The notes: generated by a model from the letters alone, not told the origin. A stretch of DNA of 10,784 nt from Snowella sp. (GCA_035285545.1 JAYKGY010000065.1:1-10784), one strand, 5' to 3'; positions 1 through 8,194 are shown, numbered from the stretch's first letter. A program made the numbers and translations.

Positions 1-115
1 TGCTAAGAAACTCTTTTAGTTTTTTCTTAACAAGGGTTTTGGTTTAATAACCTTCAAACTATTGATTTGTCTAGGTTCGGGGCGCGCTCTCGGCTCTCGC
101 TCTCAACCGCGCATT
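1..115 (-). other. Probable 5' leader (external transcribed spacer) of an rRNA operon running off the left edge
   Basis: Lies downstream of a near-consensus promoter. Contains a GC-rich GCGCG...CGCGC hairpin (82-112), then GAACCTAGACAA (67-78, minus strand), which resembles cyanobacterial rrn boxA GAACCTTGAAAA. It is duplicated and non-coding. The 16S gene itself is not in the window. Confidence 0.75.
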
Positions 116-127
116 TACTACTATACC
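44..127 (-). repeat. Left copy of an exact 84-bp inverted repeat (partner 10701-10784); probable rRNA operon leader start
   Basis: Base-by-base, the reverse complement of 44-127 equals 10701-10784 (GGTATAGTAGTAAATGCGCGG...GAACCTAGACAAATCAATAGTTTGAAGGTTATTAA). Identity breaks at 128/10700. The right copy runs off the window end. Confidence 0.98.
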
Positions 128-148
128 GATCCTAGATGGGTGTGTCAA
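120..148 (-). promoter_or_regulatory. Strong sigma70/SigA-type promoter pointing left (putative rrn promoter)
   Basis: Minus strand TTGACA (148-143), 17-bp spacer, TATAGT (125-120), with A-rich tracts upstream (152-178). Confidence 0.88.
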
Positions 149-233
149 CAGTTTTTGCGAAAAAAGTTTTTGATTTTTCATAAGTCTTTTGTAACCCTTT
201 CCAAGTAAACGTTTCAAAGATTCTTGAAGGGCT

Positions 234-261
234 AAAAAAAAAGAGCAACCAAGGTCGCTCT
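234..261 (-). terminator. Rho-independent terminator downstream of the M16 peptidase gene
   Basis: Minus strand AGAGCGAC-CTTG-GTTGCTCT hairpin (one G-U pair) followed by T8, 12 nt after the stop codon at 274. Confidence 0.85.
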
Positions 262-273
262 GCTCAGTTTGCT

Positions 274-1773
274 TTAACTGGGGGATTTGGGGGAATTCGG
301 AATAGTTACATCGACTATCCCGACGGGTTTACCTAAATTGTTGAGTTTCGGTTGAATCTCTTTACCGTTCCCGACGATAAGGGTAATGATTTTATCGGGC
401 GTTAAGTATTTCTGGGCGACTCGTTGAATGTCGTCTGCTGTAACATTTTTAACTTTGTTTTGGTATTGGAAGATAAAGTCAGCGGGATAGCCGTAGTATT
501 CATAAGTCATTAAGCGCGTTAGGGTTTGGCTCGGATTCTCGAATTTAAAGACGAAGGAGTTGAGGATGGACTCTTTGGCGTAGGAGAGTTCGCTCGGTGA
601 GACGGGACTGGTACGGATACGATCGATTTCTTTTAAAAAGGATTCGATGAAAGGAATTGTGGCATCGGTTCGAGTCTGACCTCCACCGACAAATACGCCT
701 GGGTAGTCGTAGGCGGCATTCCATGAACCATAGACGGAATAGGCTAGCCCTTGTCTGGAGCGAATGTCGTTAAATAAGCGGCCGCCAAAACCGTTTAATA
801 CGCCATTCATTACGGTTAGAGCAGGATAATCGGGATCATTTAATTGGCCGCCTAAGTGTCCTAAAAAGATGGTACTTTGGGTGAGTTTGGGTAAATCGGC
901 GAGAAAGACTTTTTGTTGGTTTTGTTGATTGGCATTGGGGACAGCTAATTTCGGTTTAGGTGTGGAGACTACCCAGTTGCCGAAGTTTTTTTCAATTAAG
1001 GCTTTCATTTCAGCCCGATCAAAGTCCCCGACAATTCCTAAAATGGTTTCTTCGGGTCGAATATAAGTTTGATGAAATTTGATAATGTCATCTCGATTAA
1101 TTTGAGCTAAGGTGGCGTACTCTATTGTCCGAGCGTAGGGGCTTTGGTTGCCGTAGATTAGTTTGCTAAATTCTCGGCTGGCAATGTCGCTGGGGTTGTC
1201 ATTGCGACGAGCGATCGCGCCTTGGGCTTGGGTCTTGGCTAATTCGATTTTATCGGCGGCAAAAGCTGGAGATTGAATGATTTCAGCAAAGAGATTAAGA
1301 ACGGTCTCCTTGTCTTTGCTCAGTGCGTCAAAACTAGCTGATCCCGAACTGGTACCGATACTGGTTTCAATGGCTGCGGCTCGTTGCTCTAGGATCTGAT
1401 TTAATTCATCCGCAGAACGTTTTTGAGTACCGCCTGTCCGCATGGTGATGCCAGTGATTCCTGCTAGACCTGCTTGATTACCTGGTTCTAAACGGGAGCC
1501 TGTACGGAAAACGGCAGTACCTTTTATCAGGGGCAATTCACGGTCTTCGACGAGGTAGACAACTAAGCCATTACTTAATTGATAGCGTTCATAGTTCGGA
1601 ATTTGAATATCGGGTAAGGGGGGTAACTGTAACTGATCATAATGAAGGGGGGCTTGAGCCGTAACGAGGGGAACACTTTTGGCGGTTGCTGGGCTATGAA
1701 GTGTGAGGGAAATGGTTAACGCAGACGTGACTAACCCTAACCAACAAAAGCGTTTTAATAGTTTTTTCATCAT
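274..1773 (-). CDS. M16B (pitrilysin/insulinase family) peptidase-like protein, probably a non-catalytic subunit, with N-terminal signal peptide
   Basis: 499 aa. Family motifs include L(S)NGLVVYLVEDRELP, ILGIVGDFD, RLFNDIRSRQGLAYSV and VTADDIQRVAQKYL. The HXXEH position reads GLAGITGITM. N-terminus is basic then hydrophobic, ending in ATA. Confidence 0.9.
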   Translation of the reverse strand: MMKKLLKRFCWLGLVTSALTISLTLHSPATAKSVPLVTAQAPLHYDQLQLPPLPDIQIPNYERYQLSNGLVVYLVEDRELPLIKGTAVFRTGSRLEPGNQAGLAGITGITMRTGGTQKRSADELNQILEQRAAAIETSIGTSSGSASFDALSKDKETVLNLFAEIIQSPAFAADKIELAKTQAQGAIARRNDNPSDIASREFSKLIYGNQSPYARTIEYATLAQINRDDIIKFHQTYIRPEETILGIVGDFDRAEMKALIEKNFGNWVVSTPKPKLAVPNANQQNQQKVFLADLPKLTQSTIFLGHLGGQLNDPDYPALTVMNGVLNGFGGRLFNDIRSRQGLAYSVYGSWNAAYDYPGVFVGGGQTRTDATIPFIESFLKEIDRIRTSPVSPSELSYAKESILNSFVFKFENPSQTLTRLMTYEYYGYPADFIFQYQNKVKNVTADDIQRVAQKYLTPDKIITLIVGNGKEIQPKLNNLGKPVGIVDVTIPNSPKSPS

Positions 1774-1877
1774 CTTTTTATCGTTACGACTCGCTGAAAA
1801 GTTCTAACGATTATCTATCATATCGTTTCGTTTTAGGGGTTAACGAGTGGGTTGCTTGGTTAAGGCGATCGCGTTGA

Positions 1878-3260
1878 TTATTGGGGCTTCTTTTCCTTGA
1901 GGATAGATGAGGTTGGCGGGGCAGCTTTGGGGGTATCGGCGGGTTTCACCGTAGACTTGGTAGTAGCCGTATTCGGAACCGTTTTCGCAGGAACCGCTTC
2001 GGTGCCTTTCAGGTGTTGATAGGTTGTTCGAGACAGAGATTGAATTAGCAGTCTGGCATTGACATCATTGTAGGGACGCTTTGCCATAATCACTGTAATG
2101 TAGCGTTTCCCACTGGGCATATCGATGATCCCCGCATCGCCTAATACTTTACCAATATCACCGGTTTTATGGGAAATAATGGCATCAGGTTCAAGTCCTG
2201 GGGGTAAGAGGGTGCGAGTTTTGGTTTGTTGCATAATCCCTAAAAGGCGATCGCGGGATTTGAGAGAAACCAATTCGCCTTGATTGAGTTTTAATAAAAC
2301 CGTTGCCAGTTCGTGGGGTGTCGTTGTGTTGGTGCCTTCTAGGTCTGGTAAATAATTCTGCAACCGAGTTTGGGTTAACCCCCATTCTTGAAATCGTTGA
2401 TCAACGACGGTCTTCCCGCCTAATCGTTTGATAATCATATTGGTTGCGGTGTTATCGCTAATGACCATCATTTTGGTAAGTGTCGTTAATGCACTCAGTT
2501 CTTTTTGGGCTTGGTTGTATTGAATATCTCCCGCACCACTGGCGAGGACATCTTTGGTAATAGGCAATTTTTCGTTGAGTTTGATCTTGCCTGCATCAAC
2601 ATCTTGCAGAAAAGCAACGGCAATGGGGATTTTAATGGTACTCGCTGCCGCGATTGGCGTATCACCTTCTAAATTGACGTATTTTCCATTGTCTAGATCA
2701 ATAAAATACAATTGAGGATGAATTTTATCTTCTTTCTTGTCTAGGGCAATTAATTTTTGTTTGAGAGCCAGAATTTCTTCCGTGGCATGAATGCTGGTCG
2801 ATGGAGTTTTAGGGGCGGGAGTTGAGCCAGTTGTTAGATTAGAAACCAGTTTGGCGATTGCTGCTGGTTTAATGGGGACACTCGCTGCCTTCGCATTGGT
2901 TCCGTGATTTGCGTCGGAGGGGGTTAAGGCCTGGGTGGAAAGAAAACGGGTTGGGGCAAAGGTCGTCAAGATCGTTCCTGCCAAAACCGCTAATCCGGCA
3001 CCGAAAATACCGACCCGTAATACATAAAGAAAAGTCGTCATGGCCAGACTAGGAGGGCGGCTGGGCTTGCGTTGACGAGGAATTTTCGCCGACTCCAATC
3101 GCTGGGCGGGAATGTTCAAGGTCGTAATATTGTTTTTGGGAACATCTTTTTGAGGAACGAGGGCAACAGGAGAACGATTAGAACGACGGGGATTCTTTCT
3201 AGGCATTTTCTTAAATTCAGTGTGTGAAAGGGAGGACACAAGCTGGCAAGCTCGCTTCAC
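1878..3260 (-). CDS. Class A beta-lactamase-like serine hydrolase (cyanobacterial PBP-A type), single N-terminal TM anchor
   Basis: SxxK (STIK, 2631-2642), SDN (2451-2459) and KTG (2160-2168) motifs. Hydrophobic segment FLYVLRVGIFGAGLAVLAGTIL. Start is uncertain: GTG 3260 or ATG 3206. Confidence 0.9.
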   Translation of the reverse strand: MKRACQLVSSLSHTEFKKMPRKNPRRSNRSPVALVPQKDVPKNNITTLNIPAQRLESAKIPRQRKPSRPPSLAMTTFLYVLRVGIFGAGLAVLAGTILTTFAPTRFLSTQALTPSDANHGTNAKAASVPIKPAAIAKLVSNLTTGSTPAPKTPSTSIHATEEILALKQKLIALDKKEDKIHPQLYFIDLDNGKYVNLEGDTPIAAASTIKIPIAVAFLQDVDAGKIKLNEKLPITKDVLASGAGDIQYNQAQKELSALTTLTKMMVISDNTATNMIIKRLGGKTVVDQRFQEWGLTQTRLQNYLPDLEGTNTTTPHELATVLLKLNQGELVSLKSRDRLLGIMQQTKTRTLLPPGLEPDAIISHKTGDIGKVLGDAGIIDMPSGKRYITVIMAKRPYNDVNARLLIQSLSRTTYQHLKGTEAVPAKTVPNTATTKSTVKPADTPKAAPPTSSILKEKKPQ

Positions 3261-3288
3261 ATTGCTACGTTACCAGAACGCATCCGTT

Positions 3289-4053
3289 TTAACCAGATGA
3301 TTGGATGTTGTGACTATCGGGTGGGGATTTTTGTTGCGTTATCCATTCAATTTGTCTCAAAATGCCTCGTAAAAGGGCAACCTCTTCTTCGGTTAGTTGG
3401 GCCCGTTGATAAAGGCGACGGAATTTTTCCATCCGAGCGTTGGCTGTGTGGGGATAGAGATAACCTATTTTTAATAATGTGCTTTGTAAATGCTGGTAGT
3501 ATCCTTCTAAATTTTCCAAGGAAGCGGCTTGGATGACAGGGTTAACGTCAGCGATCGCGTTGGCCTGTTGATGTTGATAAAGTTCATAGGCACAGACCGC
3601 AACGGATTGAGCCAGATTTAGTGAAGAATACTCAGGATTGGCAGGAATTCCCACAAAACGATGGGCATAGTTCAATTCTTCATTGCTCAGTCCCCGATCT
3701 TCTCGACCAAAAATTAATGCGGTAGGCATGTCAGGCACAATCAGCCAAGGCAGGGCTTGTCGTGGGGTTTCTAAGGGACTTTCTAGGGTACGGGGGCGAT
3801 GGGTGGTGGCGATCGCGCGATAACAGCCTGCTAACGCTTCGGGTAAGGTTGCTACTTCTTGGGCCTGTTCTAATACTTCGATGCCATGAACCGCCATACG
3901 TCGGGCTTCTTCACTCCGGCGATCGCATTGGGGATTGACTAACACTAAACGGGCTAATCCCATATTTTTCATCACACGGGCAACGGAGCCGATATTTAAG
4001 GCCCCAGCAGGCTCAACTAAAATAATGCGGATATTACGAAGGGAAGTCACCAA
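3289..4053 (-). CDS. trmJ: SPOUT RNA 2'-O-methyltransferase, TrmJ/LasT (TrmH group 1) family
   Basis: IILVEP..NIGSVARVMKNMG, ALIFGREDRGLSNEEL and SLNLAQSVAVCAYEL motifs, plus a C-terminal LTEEEVALLRGILRQ helix. Start is TTG 4053 or GTG 4050. Confidence 0.88.
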   Translation of the reverse strand: MVTSLRNIRIILVEPAGALNIGSVARVMKNMGLARLVLVNPQCDRRSEEARRMAVHGIEVLEQAQEVATLPEALAGCYRAIATTHRPRTLESPLETPRQALPWLIVPDMPTALIFGREDRGLSNEELNYAHRFVGIPANPEYSSLNLAQSVAVCAYELYQHQQANAIADVNPVIQAASLENLEGYYQHLQSTLLKIGYLYPHTANARMEKFRRLYQRAQLTEEEVALLRGILRQIEWITQQKSPPDSHNIQSSG

Positions 4054-4153
4054 TTTAAATTTAGATACTGTCTAATTTTCATTATGCTTGGACAAGGCGT
4101 ATTTCTTAAACAATTAGTTAAACACTAAATCTTAGAGGCTTATTTTCTCAATG

Positions 4154-4184
4154 AAAAAGGAGAAGCGATTGTACTCCTCCCTTT
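4154..4184 (-). terminator. Probable rho-independent terminator downstream of the 1072-aa repeat-protein gene
   Basis: Minus strand GGAGGAGT-ACAATC-GCTTCTCC stem (two G-U pairs) followed by TTTTT, about 55 nt past the stop at 4237. Confidence 0.65.
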
Positions 4185-4236
4185 GACTTATTGAACTAAG
4201 AAAATTTTAGGCGAATTAACGGGCCAATTTAATTGA

Positions 4237-7200
4237 TTAAACTAAAATAAACCCAACTGCTAGGATACCCGCCAGAATCGAGGCCACTAAAGACGCTAAG
4301 GCAGAGCCAAAAACCCACCAGGCCGCGACTGACGCAGCTTTGCGTGTTTCACGAACTTGCTTTTGAGTTTGTCGTTTGACGCTATTGATTCGCCGTTGGG
4401 CCTCGTCTTGTACCCGTTCAAATTGATGTAATACGCTATCCCGTGCCTCTTCTACTTGGCCGATAATGCGATTGGCATCTGCTTCGGAGAGATCTTCACG
4501 GGAACTTAATAAGGCAACCAATGTTCCTCGGTCAAAATGACTGAGGCGATCGCGCAAGGCTTCTAGTCCTAATTTGGGATCATTAAACAATAACCGGAAA
4601 TCGTGCTTAATGCCGTCATAGTTGAGTTCAGGACGATGCAGGCTATTGAGATAGGAACGGATATTAGCAAAAACATTATCAATAGCCGTTTGAATGGTGT
4701 GCTGTGCTTGCTGGAATTGACCCACGATTCCCTTAAAGGTGGATTCTACTTGGTCAGCAATACGATTGGCTTCTGCTTCTGTCAGGTCAGGACGTTGGGA
4801 CAGTAAAGCCACAAAGGTTCCCCGATCAAAATGGGAAACGCGATCGCCTAAACTGCTTAAGCCGGCACGGGGATCTCGTAATAAAAGTTGCAGATCTCGC
4901 TTAATCCCTTCTGGATTGAGTTCTTCTTTTTGAGTATTGCGAAGATAACTTTCCAGATTGGCTTCAAAGCTAACGACCTGTTGTTGGGCACGGCTGGCCA
5001 AACGGCGCGGAGCTTTCACAATATTACGAATGGCCGTTTGAATTTGGTCAATAGCCCGATTGACTTGTTCTTCGGTTAAGTCACTGCGTTGGCTGAGGAG
5101 TTTCACCCAGGTTTCCCGATCAATCTGGGATAATCGGTCTTGTAAAGCGGCGGCTCCCACCTTGGGATGATTCAACAACATTGATAGATCGTGCTGGATT
5201 CCTTCGGGGTTCAACTCTTCCAGATTCGTATTCCGAAGATAGTCGGCGATCGCCTGCATCAAGTGGTCGTACTGTTCTTTGGCTTTTCCGGTGACCTCTT
5301 GGGGGGCATGGAGGAGGTTGTGTCGAACAGATTCAATTTGATCCAAAATTTGATTGATTTGGGCCTCACTCAAATCCTGACGTTGATTTAACAATTGCAC
5401 CAACGTTTCTCGATCAAATTGGGAAAGTCGCGATCGCAATGCCTGCATACCTGCCTCAGGATCAGCAAAGAGCGTTTGAAAGTCCCGTTGAATGCCTTCA
5501 GGATTCAGTTCATCTCTGTGGGTATTTCGTAAATAATCAGCAACTTGATGGAATAACGCCTGGGCTTGCTGTTGAGCTTGCTGCTGGGAGGTTTCGGCTT
5601 GGGATAGCACTTGATCCCGTAAACTTTCGAGTTGATTGAGAATTTGGCTCACTTCTTCGCCATCCATATCCTGACGTTCCATCAAGGTTTGGCCTAAAAT
5701 ATTGCGGTCAAGTTGCTGAAGACGACCGTTTAATTCCTCAAAACTGGCATCGGGATCTTCTAATAAGCTAGGAAAGTCGCGCGCGATCGCCGCTGGTCTG
5801 AGATCTTCTTTGTTGCTAAACCGTAAGTACGCCTCTATCCGATTTTCTAGGGCTTCAGCCTTAGCTGTAAGTTCGGCAACTTTAACCGTACTAAAGACTT
5901 CTGACCGGATGTGATCGAGATAATTGGCCAGTTCTTGAACGCCTTGGGGACTAAAATCTTCCCGTAAGCTCAAGACTCGAACCAAATAGTCTCGATTAAT
6001 TAATTCCAATTCCTGGCGAATAATACTCGGATTCGCGCCTGCATCATACAATACCTCCCGAAATTCGGCCTGTACGGTTTCGCGGTTCAGTTTCCAAGGG
6101 GGCGAAAAAAGCAAATAATTTTCCAGATCGGCTTGAATTACACTGAACGGTTTGGCGGTACGGGCTGCTTGGCCATTTGAATAACCGTTAGCCTGCCCAT
6201 TCCCGTGAGATTTTCCGTTACCATGCAATAAATTGTCACTCAAGGTTCGCAATTGCCCGCCAATTTTTTCGACATCTAAATCAGATAGATTCACATTGTC
6301 TAAAACTTGACTCAAGACAGCCGCTGTACCGAGTTGGAGCGTTTGAGTAATGGCATTCGGCTTGGCGGTTTGGGAAGGTTGGGATTGGAGTCGGTTGGTT
6401 GCTGTTTTAGCTAACTCCGTCAACTGCTCCCCTAATTTACCCGATCGCAGATCTTGAGGGGCAGCAGATTTTAACTGTTGAATGAGATCCTGGGGATTCA
6501 GTTGTTGGTTAGAACTAAGCACTCTTTTCCAAGCTGAATCTAATTGATCCGCAATTTGATTCACTTCTTGCTTAGACAGATCGGTGCGGCTACTAATTAA
6601 ATTTACAAAGGTCTCTCGGTTGATATGTTTAAGGGCATCATTATCCGCGATCGCGCCTAAGTTGGCATCTCTGAGGATTTTTTCAAATTGTTTTCCCAAT
6701 TGATTCAGGTCAAATTTAGGGAATTGCAGTTTATCCAATGAATTTTGTAACGTGCTACGAATACTGTCTGCATCCAAACCTGCCGTTAATTCCCGACGAA
6801 CCGCAGCCGTAATTTCTTCGGCGGTAGAAACAGCCTGACTTCTGGCCAGACTTGCTCCCACGAGCGAACTCCCCGTTCCCAATAAGTTTTGAATGCCACT
6901 GGTTGCCGTGCTAATAATTGAGCCAAGCAAGGAACCTAACGCACTCGAACTAAACCAAGTCATCAGGATAAAAAAGAGGGCCCAAATAATCACCCCCGTA
7001 ATAGCTCCCAATAAGGGCGTACCAACCAAGCTCAGTCTAACGGCTAAAAAGCAGGCAATAAAGAGGGCAATACTCACACTGATTAGTAAAGCGACACCGA
7101 CTTTCGTTTCAAGACCCCGTATGGTTTCTCCCAGGCTTTCTGATTCGTGATCGTCCCGTTCTTCACGGTAGGAATGGGTATCGCCAGGAGCCGAAACTAC

Positions 7201-7455
7201 TGCGATCGCGAGATTCGTAAACAGTAACTGAAACGCAAAGGCCATCACGACTCCTGCGATCAATGCCAATAGAATATTAAAGCTCGAAAAAATGATAGCC
7301 GTTCCGGTGAGTGGGACTTGCCCAATGACAGAATTCGGTGGTAATATCGCTGCCCAACTTTGAGAAGACCCGAAGTTTAAAGCAATTGTAATTGTAAGGA
7401 TCATAGTTAACCCCATTAGGATTAAAAATTTACTAATTTGTCGAAAAAAAATCAT
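4237..7455 (-). CDS. Large membrane-anchored alpha-helical repeat protein of unknown function
   Basis: 1072-aa uninterrupted ORF. About 4 hydrophobic segments in the N-terminal 180 aa, one at the C-terminus (AAWWVFGSALASLVASILAGILAVG), and a long Q/L/E/D/R-rich soluble middle with tandem YLRNT..EELNPEGI..D repeats. Confidence 0.9.
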   Translation of the reverse strand: MIFFRQISKFLILMGLTMILTITIALNFGSSQSWAAILPPNSVIGQVPLTGTAIIFSSFNILLALIAGVVMAFAFQLLFTNLAIAVVSAPGDTHSYREERDDHESESLGETIRGLETKVGVALLISVSIALFIACFLAVRLSLVGTPLLGAITGVIIWALFFILMTWFSSSALGSLLGSIISTATSGIQNLLGTGSSLVGASLARSQAVSTAEEITAAVRRELTAGLDADSIRSTLQNSLDKLQFPKFDLNQLGKQFEKILRDANLGAIADNDALKHINRETFVNLISSRTDLSKQEVNQIADQLDSAWKRVLSSNQQLNPQDLIQQLKSAAPQDLRSGKLGEQLTELAKTATNRLQSQPSQTAKPNAITQTLQLGTAAVLSQVLDNVNLSDLDVEKIGGQLRTLSDNLLHGNGKSHGNGQANGYSNGQAARTAKPFSVIQADLENYLLFSPPWKLNRETVQAEFREVLYDAGANPSIIRQELELINRDYLVRVLSLREDFSPQGVQELANYLDHIRSEVFSTVKVAELTAKAEALENRIEAYLRFSNKEDLRPAAIARDFPSLLEDPDASFEELNGRLQQLDRNILGQTLMERQDMDGEEVSQILNQLESLRDQVLSQAETSQQQAQQQAQALFHQVADYLRNTHRDELNPEGIQRDFQTLFADPEAGMQALRSRLSQFDRETLVQLLNQRQDLSEAQINQILDQIESVRHNLLHAPQEVTGKAKEQYDHLMQAIADYLRNTNLEELNPEGIQHDLSMLLNHPKVGAAALQDRLSQIDRETWVKLLSQRSDLTEEQVNRAIDQIQTAIRNIVKAPRRLASRAQQQVVSFEANLESYLRNTQKEELNPEGIKRDLQLLLRDPRAGLSSLGDRVSHFDRGTFVALLSQRPDLTEAEANRIADQVESTFKGIVGQFQQAQHTIQTAIDNVFANIRSYLNSLHRPELNYDGIKHDFRLLFNDPKLGLEALRDRLSHFDRGTLVALLSSREDLSEADANRIIGQVEEARDSVLHQFERVQDEAQRRINSVKRQTQKQVRETRKAASVAAWWVFGSALASLVASILAGILAVGFILV
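4400..6117 (-). repeat. Intragenic tandem repeat, 294-bp (98-aa) period, five units plus one degenerate unit
   Basis: The Tyr codon of the YL motif starts (minus strand) at 5829, 5535, 5241, 4947 and 4653, exactly 294 bp apart. A degenerate unit (YLLFSPPWKLN) starts at 6117, 288 bp upstream. Confidence 0.92.
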
Positions 7456-8194
7456 TTTTTAAACCTCAAAATATACGCCTTCCATTTTTTGAGTGTTTCA
7501 CTAACTCTGAAGTAAGATAGTCTTTTTGTCTAAATTCAATTTATTAAACCAATCCTATCTATTCCCTAGGGCAATTCACACCTATCTCTATGGAGATATT
7601 GGCCTTTTTTAATTCAAACGCAAAGATATCCGTCACTCAGTTTATTCAGGGAGAAAAATAATGTGGTATTTCAAAATTATTCCACTAGGCTTTGAAGAGG
7701 ACTCTGAATAAGAGAGATTAAGGCGCGTTTCAGTCAATTTTTCTTGTTTAGCGACTTTAAAAAGATTTAAATCCAATAGCTAAAAACAACGAGAGTAATT
7801 TTTACTGATAGTTGCGTTAGGTTTTTTATGATTAATAAGATTGATTTGTTTAAAAAAATTTATACACTTTATATAAGCCATACAATTGCCAAAAAAATAT
7901 CTTCAAAAATTAAAAAACCGTATAAGAATAAAGGTCAACTAGAAAAATCCTTTGATGAGCGATTTTAGTGACCCATGTTCTAATTAATGTTGGCGATCGC
8001 TTCAGTCCATCAATCAAAATTAGTCAAGTATCCTGAAAATCTGTTGATTTCAACGTTGATCTCAAATGGCTGTACAGCCCCCTCATTATTGGCTCACATT
8101 TTTAGAACGGTGATCGCCGCAACTTTCCCCATGAAACCGTGACCTGTGATGATATCCTAGATCAAGTGTCTAAAAATCCTGATAACAAAACCCC

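Noticed and set aside
1..233. CRISPR leader or array at either end
   Set aside because: No repeat-spacer periodicity and no cas genes. The hairpin plus boxA-like motif fits an rrn leader better.
2191..2385. 64-aa minus-strand ORF
   Set aside because: Alternative frame inside the well-supported serine hydrolase gene, with no recognisable motif.
4546..4847. HIP1 sites exactly 294 bp apart as drivers of repeat expansion
   Set aside because: Only two units share the position, and the conserved Asp-Arg codons readily create GCGATCGC. Other units lack it or have it shifted.
3297..7150. Short plus-strand ORFs (3297-3536, 4603-4806, 4739-4933, 4888-5079, 5191-5391, 5439-5639, 6893-7150)
   Set aside because: Antisense shadows of trmJ and the repeat-protein gene. 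The ~290-bp recurrence of some of them simply mirrors the 294-bp repeat.
4237..7455. Calling the 1072-aa protein a transporter or SMC-like ATPase
   Set aside because: Only about 5 hydrophobic segments, no 12-TM pattern and no Walker motifs.
7650..7950. oriC between the divergent putative rrn operons
   Set aside because: AT-rich, but only isolated imperfect DnaA-box-like words (e.g. TTATACACT at 7860) and no dnaA/dnaN. It would need GC-skew or marker-frequency data.
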